This document shows positions 1 to 12,479 of a stretch of DNA of 64,000 nt, piece after piece. The position numbers were made by a program, and so were the translations under genes. Source of the DNA: Anthoceros angustus (taxonomy: Eukaryota > Plantae > Anthocerotophyta); assembly GCA_010909165.1 (NCBI GenBank), contig VJWM01000116.1, positions 186,001-250,000 of the forward strand, in the 5' to 3' direction. The notes under the pieces are model-generated. The model made no database searches and had not been told where the DNA came from. It saw only the letters and a program-made list of their open reading frames with translations. Position 1 is the stretch's first letter. Every line of letters begins with the position of its first letter.

Positions 1-998
1 GCCCCTCTCCAATGACAGGAGTGGGCAGAAAGACGTCTTAATGCTTCTTGCCCGAGGGCCCAGGTGGAGGGAGAAGATCAGGAGCAGGGTGCCCTTCAAG
101 GTCAGGGAGACACTGTCACAAATCAAGCCTTGGTTGTGTTAAGGAGGATGGCATGCATCATGATGGGAGGCAGACGTTTGCGGAGAGAGCATCCAACCTG
201 AAGAATCTCATGCTTCCATCACGATTGGAGGTGAGCAGTACAGGCTTGCCGGCGAGGTGTGAGAAGGTCTTGAATTGAACAGTTGTTGTTGCTGATTTGT
301 GCCGCAGGCCAGCTCCATTTCGGTGAGCATGGGCCAGTGCAGCTGTGCGTTTCTCCACCGTAATGCTGTGAATTGTACCCTTCCAGAACACGATATCCTC
401 TTCAGGGATGCTTCAAATGAGGAAAAGATTAGGACAGCTCGTGCATGCAGGTAGCAAGGTACCTGAGAGTCGCCAGCAAAAATGATGTTGCCAGTGCTAT
501 CAGCGTCCAGCGCTGTCACGTTGTTGTCTACAGAAAGCTTGTGCAACACCCGGCCTGTGCTGAAATTGAACACCTGTACGGTCATATGCATAGGAATTCA
601 GAAGTCAGGGGCCGGCCACAAATGGTGTGGCGAAGCTTACTGTACACTGATGTGCAAATCACAGACTTACTGAGACGTTCTTACTTGAGTTGCCCACGAG
701 GAGGAGGTTGTTATTCACCTGCGTTAACACCACTCAGGAGGGATGAGAAGCTCGAGAAGATGGTTGAACGTTAATGTGATGGGCACGAAACAGAGTCAAG
801 GAGTTACAGGATGAAACCGTATACAGAGCTGCGCAGTCTTTTCGTATATGATCCGCACACATTGTCCCCCCTTGACGTCCCAGATTCTTACTCTCTTGTC
901 CACAGACGAGGAGCATATGTACCGATCATTCAACGACAAATCCAAATCTGCAACAATGGAAAAAGAAGGGGTTCGATAATAAGGATAGATACACTAAA
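1..998 (-). pseudogene. WDR13: Partial duplicate of the WDR13-like WD40 gene (3' exons only; runs off the window start)
   Basis: Positions 1-998 align without gaps to 26289-27286 (constant offset 26288, e.g. ORFs 48/26336, 208/26496, 811/27099). About 20 substitutions counted by eye (~98% identity). Homology stops abruptly at 998, inside a WDR13 intron, where PPR coding sequence begins. Confidence 0.9.
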
Positions 999-3043
999 TC
1001 TGCTGGCCCCCGTCCAGAATCTGGGAGTGAAGCCCTTTTCCCTGATCAAGAGCTCCAATGCTGGCGCAAGCTTTCAAAAGGCAGGCGACTGTAATGGGAT
1101 CGACTGGTTTCATGCCCTCCTGCTCCATCCTCCCATACAGAGCAAGAGCTTCTTGCCCCAAAGCATGGTTCGCATATCCAGCAATCATGACAGTCCATGT
1201 TACTACGTCTTTTGAGATCAATCCATCAAAAACTTTGCGAGCATCTTGCAAACTACCACATTTAGCATACATATCCACCAGGCAGTTGCCAATAACTACA
1301 TCAGCATCTAATGCTTGCCGCTGAATCTCACAATGGAGTTCCTTTCCTGCTGCAAAACACCAAGGCTGGCACATGCTTTCAAAAGCGTGGCAAATGTGAC
1401 GTGATCAGCCAGACTGATGCCTCCTGTTGCATCATTTGGTAGAGGTGAGAGCTTCCTGGCCAAGTCCGTGCTCAGCATAGCCAGATATCATGGCAGTCCA
1501 TGTCACCACATCTCTTCGAGATAACCTGTCAAACACTCTGCGAGCATCCCCTAAGCTGCCACATTTAGCATACATGTCCACCAAAGAGTTCCCGATGGTC
1601 AAATCTGTTTCGAGTCCTCTCTGCTGGATCTCAAAATGTAGCTCCTTGCCCTGATGTAAAGCACCAACACAGCCACAAGCTTTCAGCAGGCACACAAATG
1701 TAACACGGTTGGCTGGAGAAATACCTCCTGTTGCATACTCTCATACAGCATCAGAGACTCTTGACCAAGCCCTTGCTGAGCATAAGCTGCGATCATGGCA
1801 GTCCATGCCACCACGTCCCTGCTGGGCAATCTGTCAAACACTGCACGTGCATCCTCTAAGCTGCCACATTTGGAATTCATGTCCACTAAGCTGCTGCCAA
1901 CTATCAATTCACCCTCCAACCCTTGGCTCTGAATCTGACAGTGGATCTGCTTTCCTGATGTAAAGCTCACACTGCCACATGCTTTCAAAAGGCAGGCAAA
2001 CGTAATCTGGTCTGCTAGTGATGCGCTCTTGCTGCATACTTGCGTAAAGCATCAGTGATTCCTGACCCAATCCGCTTTGAGCATAACCTGCAATGAGAGA
2101 AGTCCATGCGACCACATCTTTTCTACGAAGTTTGTCAAATACCTGACGGGCATCCTCTAAGTTCCCACATTTTGCATACATGTCAACGAGACTGTTCCCG
2201 AGAACCCCATCAGCTTCAAGACCTCGTTCCTGCATCTGGCAATGAAGCTCTTTCCTCACGCAAAGCTCCAGCAGTAGCACATGCCTTCAGAAGGCAGACA
2301 TATGTAACATCATCGGCTGGAGTGATGCCTTCCTGTTGCATCCTCTTATACACAGAAAGGGCTTCTTCACCAAGCCCATGCTCAGCATGTCCAGCCATCA
2401 TGGCAGTCCATGTCACCACATCTTTTGCGGGCAGACTATCAAACACGCTGCAAGCATCTTCTAAGCTGCCACATTTGGTATACATGTCCACCAGGCTGCT
2501 GCCCACAAACACGTTGACCTCTCCCATGCTATTCAGAACATCAGCATGGACCTGCTTGCCTGATGCCAAATCTCCTACGCTGGCACATGCTCTAAGAACT
2601 GCCACAAATACATAATTGTCAGGCTTGACATTGGACTCCCGCATCTGTTCATACAGTTTGATAGCTTGGGCAGGCTTTTGACAGTTCAAAATGGGCCAGA
2701 ATTATAGACAACCACACGAAAGCGTTTGGTGCATGCAAGTTGGTAAAGACATGCATTGCTTCGTCCAACCTCCCATGAGATGCATACATCCGGATAAGAT
2801 GATTGGCCAAGAATGTGTTTGACTCATAGCCACCTCCAAAGATAAGACAATGAAGACGCATGCCAAGATCGAGATCCACTGTTGTATGCACCTTTTCAGC
2901 ACAAGATAGAACACAGATGCCGAAACATAGGATCCAAGCTCCACGAGAGGGACCAGAGCTTCAACGGCTTCAGTGAGCCGTACCTCCTCCTCCATTTTGA
3001 CCCACGTTGCACCCAAAGGTTGTGCTTCATGGAAATCTAAACC
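994..3043 (-). pseudogene. PLS-class pentatricopeptide repeat gene, frameshifted and 3'-truncated (no E/DYW domain)
   Basis: Seven consecutive ORF pieces (3016 down to 994) contain six MYAKCG-like P-L-S units (VDMYAKCGSLxDARxVFD, DVVTWTAMIAGY, TxxCLLKAC). The frame ends at ILDGGQQI-stop at the WDR13 junction. A splice acceptor near 3044 suggests an unresolved upstream exon. Confidence 0.85.
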
Positions 3044-3266
3044 TGGAAGACTCGTGGGCTGCTGAACAAGGAACTTCTCTACTGAGCTTTAAGATTCGAC
3101 ACAATTGAACTTACAAAGCCAGTCACAGCCGGCTCCAGCCTCAAATCCAGGCTACAGCAACGCTGGCACAGATTACCTTGCTCCTGTTTCCTGTACTGCC
3201 AGGTATCCGCTTAGCCAAGCTGATAACCAGATTGAATGTCTTCCAAGGCCAAATACAGAAAACAAC

Positions 3267-5984
3267 ATGGTAGCTCTCGGCACCGATCAACCCCGGTGCT
3301 GCATGGGCCGCGTTGCTTCAGGCGCGTCACACAAAGAGTTGGGTGCTAACCGGACGCACCATTCCCATGCCCCCGTTTCAGTCTGGCATGCAAGCAGGCT
3401 GGAAGCAATTGCGACTGGCAGGAAGACTTGGGGTTCTTCTACACTGCCCATCAAGGGACAGCTTGGCCGAAAAATCTACATTCTTCTCCAGGTGCGGCAG
3501 AAGACAGCGGACCCATGGTATCTAGCACAGCCTATGCTTTTCTACTGACCGTCGGCTCGACCTTGCAGGGTGGCCGAGGAAGGAGAAGATTTCAAGGTTG
3601 GACCGTGGATCAAATTGTGTGAGAATGGACTGCTCCGCGAGGGAGTCGAAGCCCTGGGCGTGCTCGTGGAGCACGGAAAAGGAAAACCATACCTCTCTCC
3701 TTCCCTCGTACAACGGTTTCTCAGAAGGTGCATTCAACAGAAGGATCTGGTGCTTGGGAAGAGAGTGCACAATCTTGCTGTGAAAAATGGCTTCGAGTCA
3801 GACACATTCCTGGCAACCCAGTTCATCCAGATGTATGCTGGTCATGGAAGGCTGCAGGAAGCAACAAAGGTGTTCACTGATGTTCCTGTACCGGACATTT
3901 TCATGTGGGAGTCAATAATTTTGGCACATGGAAGGCGTGGACAGCCTAAGCATGCCATAAGATTGTACAAACGGATGCGACATTCGCGCTTGAAGCCGAA
4001 CAGTTATATCTTTGTGACAGTTCTTAAAGCTTGTGCCATTACAGCAGATTTGGCAGCAGGCAAAGAGATCCATGCTGATATTCTGCACACCTTCAGCAAG
4101 ATCAATGAAATTATGGGCACCTGCTTGATGGAGATGTATGCAAAGTGTGGTAGGCTGGAGGATGCTCGCAGAGTGTTTGACACTCTGGAGGCAAAGGATG
4201 TGATTTCATGGACTGCCATGATTTCGGCATATGCACAGCGTGGGCTCGGTCAAGAAGCCCTCGATTTGTATGCAAGTATGGTACAGCAGGACATGACTCC
4301 AGCTGATCATTTCACATTTGCTTGTCTTTTAAAAGCATGTGCCAGCATTGGGGCTTTACATGAGGGCAAGGCACTTCATGGTCAGATACAGGACAGAGGT
4401 CTGCAGAATGATATGATCATTGGTGCCTGCCTTGTGGACATGTATGCCAAGTGTGGGAGCCTACAGGATGCCCGTAAAGTGTTTGAAAGTTTGTCCAAGA
4501 AGGACGTAGTTACTTGGACTGCAATGATCACAGGATATGCTCAGCGCGGACTTGGCAAAGAGTCTTTGTCTCTTTATGCAAGGATGCAACAGGAGGGTTT
4601 AAGTCCAGTCAATCATGTTACATTTGTGTCTCTTCTAAACGCGTGTGCCAGTACTGGAGCTTTTCATGACAAGAAGCTTCATTCCCAAATACAGAAAAGG
4701 GGTTTGGAAGCTGATTTAGTTATTGGGAACTGCCTAGTGGACATGTACGCAAAATGTGGCTGCCTCGAGGATGCCCGCAAGGTGTTTGACAGTTTGCCCA
4801 AAAAGATATAGTGACATGGAACACAATGCTTGCAGGATATAGCCGGGAAGGGCTTGGTCAAGAATCCCTCGATCTCTTTGCCACTATGCCAGGAAACGAG
4901 AGACTCTCAGCTGATTCTGTTACGTATGTGTGCCTCTTGAAAGCATGTGTTGGCATTGGAGCTTTACATGTGGGGAGGCATCTTCATTTCCACGTTCAGG
5001 AACAAGATTTGGAATCGCAGGTAGCTGTAGGCAGCAGCCTGGTGGACATGTATGCTAAATGCGGTGAGTTAGTGGATGCTCACAGATTGTTTGACAGGCT
5101 GCCTATCAAAGACGTGGTGACATGGACAGCATTGATTGCTGGATATGTGGAACATGGGCGTGGCGAGGAAGCCCTTACGCTCTATTCCAGGATGCAACAG
5201 GTTGGAATCATGCCAGCTGACCATGTCACATTTTCCTTCCTTTTGAAAGCCTGTGCTGCTGTTGGGGCTCTCGATCGGGGAAGCAGCTTCATGTCCAGAT
5301 TCAGAGCCGTGGTCTGGAAGGTGATGTGGCTGGGGCCCTGGTGAACATGTATGCAAAATGCGGACACCTAGAGGATGCATGCAGTGTTTGCCAAAGTGCA
5401 TGGACGAGATGTGGTGACATGGAATGCCATGATCTCTGGGTTTGGACAGCATGGGTTAGTTGATGCAGCTGTGGTATGTTATGAGAAAATGCGGGTGGCG
5501 GAATCCGCCTGATGAAGTCACCTTTCTTTCACTCATATCTGCCTGCAGTCATGCTGGACTGGTTGACAGAGGCATTCAGTACTTCGAATCCATGAGCATC
5601 GATTACGGCCTAACTCCAGATATTGAGCATTATGTCAGTCTGCTGGATCTGTTTGGACGTGCAGGATGTATGATCAAGGCCGCAGAGTTGTTATCAACAA
5701 TTCCCATGCAGCCTAATCTGGCTGTGTGGTTGTGTTTGCTGGGTGCCTGCCGGAAACATGGAAATGTAGAGTTGGGAGAAGAGGCATTTAATCGTGCAGT
5801 AGGTCTAGAGCCCAAGCATCCTGCTGCGTATGTATTGATGGCACATATATACTCTGATGCTGGCCTCTTGGACCAGGCAATAAGGGTTCAAGGGTTGAGA
5901 GAGAGAGAAGGTGCATGGAAGAATCCTGGGCAGACCTGGATTGAGCTTGAGCACGAGATACACACATTTGTCGTGGGTGAGTGA
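3267..5984 (+). CDS. PLS-E class PPR protein (organellar C-to-U RNA-editing factor type), with several apparent frameshifts
   Basis: ORFs 3570-4811, 4811-5344 and 5460-5984 carry six PLS units, then E1/E2 (TFLSLISACSHAGLVDRG, EHYVSLLDLFGRAG, VWLCLLGACRKHGN, AYVLMAHIY) and a PG-box (KNPGQTWIE). The frame stops at HTFVVGE with no DYW. A GT-AG intron at 3518-3568 joins the 3105 ORF frame (ATG 3267) in frame to 3569. The start codon is inferred. Confidence 0.85.
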
Positions 5985-6994
5985 CAACGGTTGCGGTTGT
6001 CGCCGAATGGCTGCTCCTCTGGGCATGCCCGGCTGCATGGAAGGTCTCTCTGCTGGACAGACCAGCATGCAGTTGTTTGCAAGCCCAAAAGCTGGACCTG
6101 ATTGCCCAGCTGATTGCATTAGCAGGAGTTGGAAGAGAGAGATCCTTCACTGCGAATTTAGGCGAACAGCTTCTCTGTGCATCTGCTCGGCCTTCCGTGG
6201 ACTAGCTTGGAATACATTTCGTGCAATCTACGCACATCATTCCTCTTCAGTAGAAATTCTGGGGAGCCAACTTCATGACGCTCACTACACTTCTAGCCTC
6301 CAGTATCGTTTTGCAGCCTGATAGTCCTCCAGATATCTTCAGGGAGTAGGTACATGATAAGCTCCTGCATAAACGCATAAACTCTGCAAGAACTTTGAGA
6401 GGAAAAGAGGAAAGTCTCCAAACCTCCACAATTACCTACAAAGCTATTTTGTCCGATTCTTGGATGGAGAATAGTCTGTATCACACCAGCGAATACGTAG
6501 CCGGAAGAGGTCCCCAGCAGTATACTTGCTGATGGAGAGGTCGCCAGAACTGTAGGAAAGACAAAGCCTTCCTGTAAAAGCTTCAGGATATCGTGCCATG
6601 GTACCAGCAAAAGCTTCGATACGTTCTTTCCGACATATGCATGGGGCAAGTTGCAAGCCGCACCTCGTGGACCTGGACAAGCTGTCAAGCATGTAAGAAG
6701 AAAACAGCTGTAAAAAGGAGTTCGTGTCCAGACCACGGATCTTTGATTCCTCCTCCCAACCTGCGGCTGCGGCCGATGCATTACAGTCTGCAACGGAACA
6801 GTCGAAAGTGTGCCGGATCCCAGCAGTACCCTGGCAGTCGCAAACGCCTCAGCTGGTGGGTCAGCTGGGGGTAGTGCGGCCTCTGAAGAGCCGCCTGCTC
6901 CCTCCGTCCAAGGTGCGGGATCAGCACGGTCCCAACTCCCAAGTGGCTGAAGAGAGGTTCTGCCCTGGTGGGCTCAGCAGGCGAGTATTGGGGG

Positions 6995-7430
6995 ATGGCG
7001 GGAAGAGGAAAGCTGCTTCCTGTTGCGGAGGCCAATGGGCGGAGCGTGGAGGATTCTGGGCAACTGTTGCGACCTTCGGAGAGGTATCAGGTGACGGATG
7101 TCGAGCGGGATGAGATGGCAGCGATCCTGCATAAAGCAAGCCTCCGCCAGAGCTCATTGGTGCGGGATTCATTTTCCGTGAAGATAGCATTGCTCACTGT
7201 CCTGTATGCCCCGTTGTGTGTGTAGGGACTGGTACATAGGATGCTGGGATGTCGATAGGTGGCATTACTTGGCACTGCAGGGAGCGTCGGGGTCGGCAAT
7301 ACTTTGAAGGGAGACCTGCTAGAACTGTTTGGAGAGATCGGGACCTACGGTTTGCTCTGCAAGCTGGCTATTCATCGAAAGCCGAGCGGAGATGATGCAG
7401 AATGTGGAGGAGCGGGCCCACCCTGTAGGG
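6995..7430 (+). pseudogene. 5' fragment of a paralog of the NLR at 21067 (exon 1 plus start of the four-helix domain)
   Basis: MAGRGKLLPVAEANGRSVEDSGQLLRPSERY...MAAILHKA aligns with MADGTRLRPVAEENGRSVEDSRRPVPPSERY...MAEILDKA. LLELFGEIGTYGLLCKLA aligns with LLDLFGDIGTYGLVFKLA. After a frameshift it reads FIESRAEMMQNVEERA, then homology is lost. No NB-ARC follows. Confidence 0.8.
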
Positions 7431-8978
7431 CCAACAGAGGACTGTGTTGTTGTGTGTTCCACTTGCTGTCATGTCGCCATATCTGGAGTCTCTGATAGGG
7501 TGTGTCATCTCGGACAGGACAGGCACACAACATCCTATGAGAGATGTCCTACAGGACAGATCCTGCAGGTTTAATAGGACAGATTTTTTTAGTCTGATGA
7601 AGAACAGTGTGATTCTGCGCCACAAGAGGAGAAGCTAGCCCCAGGTATCTTAATTTCAAGTGGAGATGGGAAGTGACTTGCTATAATGAGGACAATTCGA
7701 TCACAGAAGAAGAATTTTATTTAAGTCCACTAAGGACGAATTTCCATCATGGGACTTGGTACTTAACAACTTGTGCCTAAGCTACTTGCACCAAGGGCAT
7801 CCACTCCCTTCAGGCACCCCATCTAAGCACCCCATCTAAGTATCAATCTAAGCTCAGGATGCTTAATCACTACGTTCTTATAAATATGTGTCCATTTGGA
7901 CACACATTCCAAGCTCCATCATCCTTGGCAATGGCACCCCCTCTTGGCTGATGCGCGGACTTCTTCAGACGATGGCAAGGACATGCTAAACAGGAGTGAA
8001 CTTCTATAAATGTGTCAGTACTCCAGCCAAACATTAAAAGCTTGCTGGCAAGAAGACTGCCTGCTTTGATGAGCTTTGGCAAGTTAGAACTCCCTGACAT
8101 TTGTATACTATTGCAGGTAGCAAGTTCCAAGTGGCCTTAGGGTTCTGGTTCTAAATGGGCTTACGGTTATGCTCCTCCATTTACTGTACACTCGTAGCGC
8201 CCTTGACCTCACGCTTCTTGCACACTCAGTAGCCCAGTCAATCTAAAGCCGATTTGCATTTTGATTTTGATTTGGGAGGGTGGGGTGCGCCAGGCGATGG
8301 AAATAGTGCAATACCAATGCAACGCTCGAGGAACCGTGGTAGCAAACAACAACATGACCACATGAGACTCCTCCCCAGGCATTAGACTAACATCATGTGG
8401 ATCAATAACCCACGCATGAGGTATAAAACTAATAGGAACAGATACTACACTTAATCTTAACCAAGAGGTCGAGGGAGGAGATGTACAAAGATAGTCTCTT
8501 CTCTCGCCGAGGCCTTTTGGCCAAGATGAAGTGGGTTATCGAAAGTAAACCTCTCCAATCTCAGGTCAAGTTGTAAATATCATAGAGGCATCACGGTCTG
8601 TTCCTCAAACGATATGGGATAATATGTTGGGGTTAGCGTTTCATCCGAAGGTAGCAGGTATCGTGGTCTCTACGTCCAAGGAACTCTATAACGGATGCAA
8701 TCGATGGCGTTTGAAATCACTCAGGATTACCAAGCTGTCTCGAGGTCTAATTAATTACAGGAGCATACTAATAGTGACGGATGGCCTGTGAAAGCTGCTT
8801 CATGCACTACTAGATTCCAAAGGGAAAGTTACTCTAGGTGGTACTCGATTGTGATGGTCACTATTTGCAATTATATAGCTGCTCATGCACTTGTTGTGGA
8901 ACTTAGAATAACCACGCTTGCATGGATTGTTAGTTAAGGTAAGTTTACCACCCAAGAAGCACTTCAATGAACAGCTAA

Positions 8979-9610
8979 CACTACAAGAATCGCACATGTT
9001 TTACAACGTATTTTACAACGTAATTCACAACCTCACGTTATCAAAACGAACATTTATATGTTTGTAAAATGACAGCTTAACTAGGATGTAAAATTGCTCA
9101 TATGGCATGGAAGATTGCCACGTCATCGAGTTTGCTGATGTGGCAGCCACGTTAGCAAACAGGATAAGGTATCCGGATAGCCGGTTTACAATGCCATTTA
9201 TAACGTTGGGCTTGTTTACAATCAAGGTGACAACGCCATTTACAACACGGTTGCCTTGTAATCTAGGTTGTAAATCTTGACATGTATCTACTTAAATGCC
9301 ACAAAGGGTAATGTACTAGAGCGTCCGCTGCCACCTTTTTCTCTCTCCAGACCAGATTTTTTATAAGGGTTGGGATTAATGGAGTGCGTGTTGCCGAGTG
9401 ACATTCCACTGAGAAAAAGGCTTTTACTACGTACTCTACAACAAGAGAGCCATGTCAACAATTTGTTATTCTAAATTAGCACTCAAAAGATTGTCAAAAG
9501 ATTGTCACGTTATCCAACTAGAAACCCCTGTTGTAAAGAGCATCTTCAAACTTGTCATATCAACGAAACTTAAACCAATTTACAACGGAGTTTTTAGATG
9601 TTGTAAAGAT
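8979..9610 (+). mobile_element. CACTA (En/Spm) transposon terminus with subterminal repeats; matching other end not found
   Basis: CACTACAAGAAT at 8979 is followed by multiple direct TTTACAAC/TTTACAAT copies (about 9000, 9012, 9185, 9215, 9239, 9579) and inverted GTTGTAAA copies (about 9267, 9530, 9600). This layout is typical of CACTA ends. Confidence 0.55.
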
Positions 9611-12479
9611 TGGGACACTTACAAAACGTGTACTTGGAGCCATGCTTTTGTACGAGCCTTGTTTCTTTCATCATCAGTCTCACTTTTGTACATCAAGTGT
9701 ACGATTCCCAAGTTACAACTTGCTAGGCACCAAAGGGCACTGTCACTGAGAGCCCTTCAATCCTTATCTCATGTCTCATAGGTTGGGAGGTGCTCTTCCC
9801 AATGTGGCCTCTTCAGCTATGCCCAAAGTGCTCTTCTCACACGAATTCACTTATCGGCTTAATAGGCCATATCGAACTCTACAATTTGGGTGCTAAATTT
9901 TATAGCTTTTGAATTTAATTTTCTTTAACCCACTACATTGGTTTGGATATACTGGCGAGTCATTAGTTTGGTCAATGAGTATCCCGTTCTCCCAACTGGT
10001 TGCAACTTGCAATGTGCTAAAACCTAAATTGTAACCCTACCATCTTTCTTGAGCTCCATTGTTGTGCCTACAATTTCCCTCCACTTCGTATAACATTTGT
10101 AGAACAGAGCACCAAAAACTAAAGTCTGTACAAAGGGAGTATTTTAGATATCCATAAGCCAAAGGATAAGAAATCTTTTTCATGTGTATGTAATTTGAAA
10201 GTGTTTCTAAAACTTACTACTCCAAGCCATTGACAGTTTGTGAGAGGGTGAGCAAACATGATCCATGATAAGATGAAGCTCAACGGCTGGAAAAGGAAGA
10301 ATGTTATAAACAAGTCACAAAGGACATCTAGCCATAACAAACAACAACTAGCATAACATACAATTTTAATGACAAAACTTCATACTAACTTGTCTTATGG
10401 TGGAAGCGAAAGTAGAGGTGAGCGCTCCAAAATTCCGAATCATATGCAAAACGGTAAATTGGCTTAAAGTAGCCAGCTGTACATATTGAGAAACTATCTT
10501 GAATGAGCTTTGAGAAGTACTCATCGGTCCACATCAAAACTCGTACAAAGTCTTACCATAGAATTCATAAGGACGCAAAATGACGATCGCGATGATGTAT
10601 TACAAAGTTCAAGGCCAAAGTTACGTGCCTTCGTAAAATAAGTACTACAATTAAACTACTCGATGGATCGCCTCCTACACCAATGTGAAGCGGCGTTGAA
10701 ACCAGTGGTTGCATTGGATATCATCTAACAAGATGATGTTAAATAGGGTGTTCCTCGCCATATGTCGCCAACTTGAACGCCTTCATGCTTGTGCAAGCCT
10801 AACGCACATTCTTCAACAACAATGCCAGCGGTGCTCTTTTGCATTCTTTGCAGCTTCTTGTAGATCTTCAACAATGGAACTAACATCTCTAGAATGTCTT
10901 TCCGGCCTGGCACGTATATGAACTTGTAAGGTCAAGGAATTGGTGGGCTAAGTTGCGAGCCACATCCCTGCTTCCAGCGCGCGTGCATTCGAACACCAAC
11001 ATTTGCAGGTGGCGCTCCGATGCCTACTCACTCTGACGGTTGATGTCTTCACACGCATTTTGTGGCATGGCGGAGCGGAAAATGCCCTCTGCTCATTTTC
11101 TGCCGCTTGAGGCTCCTCCGATCCTACGCTCGTGGCATTTGCGGATGGATTGCTACTCTCCTCCCTTGGGACTCAGAACTTGCTTGGTGTGCAGCATTTT
11201 GTAGGGCAAGTGCTTGCCGTTCTCTGGCCATTTATTGCCCCACCGACTCCAGGATCATGATGGTGGCCGAGCCATATGAACCTTCAAAACCATGAAACCT
11301 CCACATACGGCTATAAGGTGTCGCCCCAAATAAAGAGCGGCAAAAAGAACACCCTTTACCCAAGACTCCACAGATCTGATGTGGAAGACCCCCAACAGCA
11401 TGCATGCACGACCCGTCCATGAATCCTCCTGCGCTCTCAATTGACCTCACCCTGTAGCGCTCGCAACCACACCATCATTTGACTACCAAGTCAGCCGAGG
11501 AGTAGGACCAGGCCCAGAGGGGCATTCGGCAATGGAAGGCACTATGCAAACCCTCACTCTGCGATCTATCCTCGAGAGAATAGAAGCCCTTGGTAGTGGT
11601 GCCTATCTCATATGCCTCGAATGCCGATTTCGCTGGATGTTGGGCTCCTCACTTTCGTGGCATCACGAACCAAGTGCGCTTCCTCAAGGTAGGCGGTGTA
11701 CCACAAGAATTTGGATCATTGAATTAAACGGTGCTGACCCCGTTACCCATGTTAAAAGTCCAAAAAGCTTTTGAACTTGAGCGCGCTTTCCCCAGTTCGT
11801 AAATCAACGTGACAAATGGTTGCTTAGTGAGACAATGCCCGTCCCCAAAAGTCACCAAATTCATAACTTAATTTCTCAATATTTTAATGATTATTTTAAC
11901 TCCAAAATTTAACCTTAGATGAAAGTAATCTATTTTGTCACCTGTAAATAAATCATATAGTATGGACAAGAAATAAATTAGGTAAAATTATTAACGAATG
12001 ATGACAAAATAACAACGCTTCGTTTTCTCACTAATGTGTGCACCAAACCGCAATGGTCATATCTTCGAATACAACTCGGAAAGGTTGATCAAGGTAGATA
12101 TCACTCTACCACTAGTACAACCCATCCTGGTGGGAGGAGTTTTCGAGTTCATCCCATAGTTCGCGAATGAGCGTGTATGCGGATGGTTCACTGAGTGTCG
12201 GAGGGGTGGCGCCACCTATGATGGATGTGAAGTTGCCTGAGTACCATGTTTGAAACTCGCAGTCCTGTTCATGGATGGCCCCTGGTTGTAGGTTTGATTG
12301 GTCGAGTTTGTGGGCCGGGCCGGGCGCCCGGCTGCCGGCGCCACACCATCAAACTCGCCAACCATAATATATGACCTAGAAGGTGGACGTTTTGTAGATT
12401 TTAGATTGGGAAGATGGTAAATGTATGTGTGAAGAGGTGATAGTCCACGACATCGGTTTGTTGTATGCAATGGGTTTCA

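Noticed and set aside
3266-3269. Overlapping start codons (CATG) serving both divergent PPR genes
   Set aside because: The minus-strand exon from this ATG ends in phase 2, while the downstream acceptor needs phase 1, so no consistent gene model results.
994-5984. Rescue of premature stops by U-to-C RNA editing
   Set aside because: That mechanism acts on organellar transcripts; these are spliceosomal nuclear genes and the lesions are indels.
5985-6500. DYW deaminase domain downstream of the PPR-E gene
   Set aside because: No HSEKLA, CxDCH or DYW-like terminus was found in any frame.
7650-12150. Short ORFs in the TE-like interval (e.g. 7870-8130, 10725-10913, 11232-11450)
   Set aside because: No diagnostic transposase, gag/pol or cellular motifs could be recognised, so no feature is called apart from the CACTA end.
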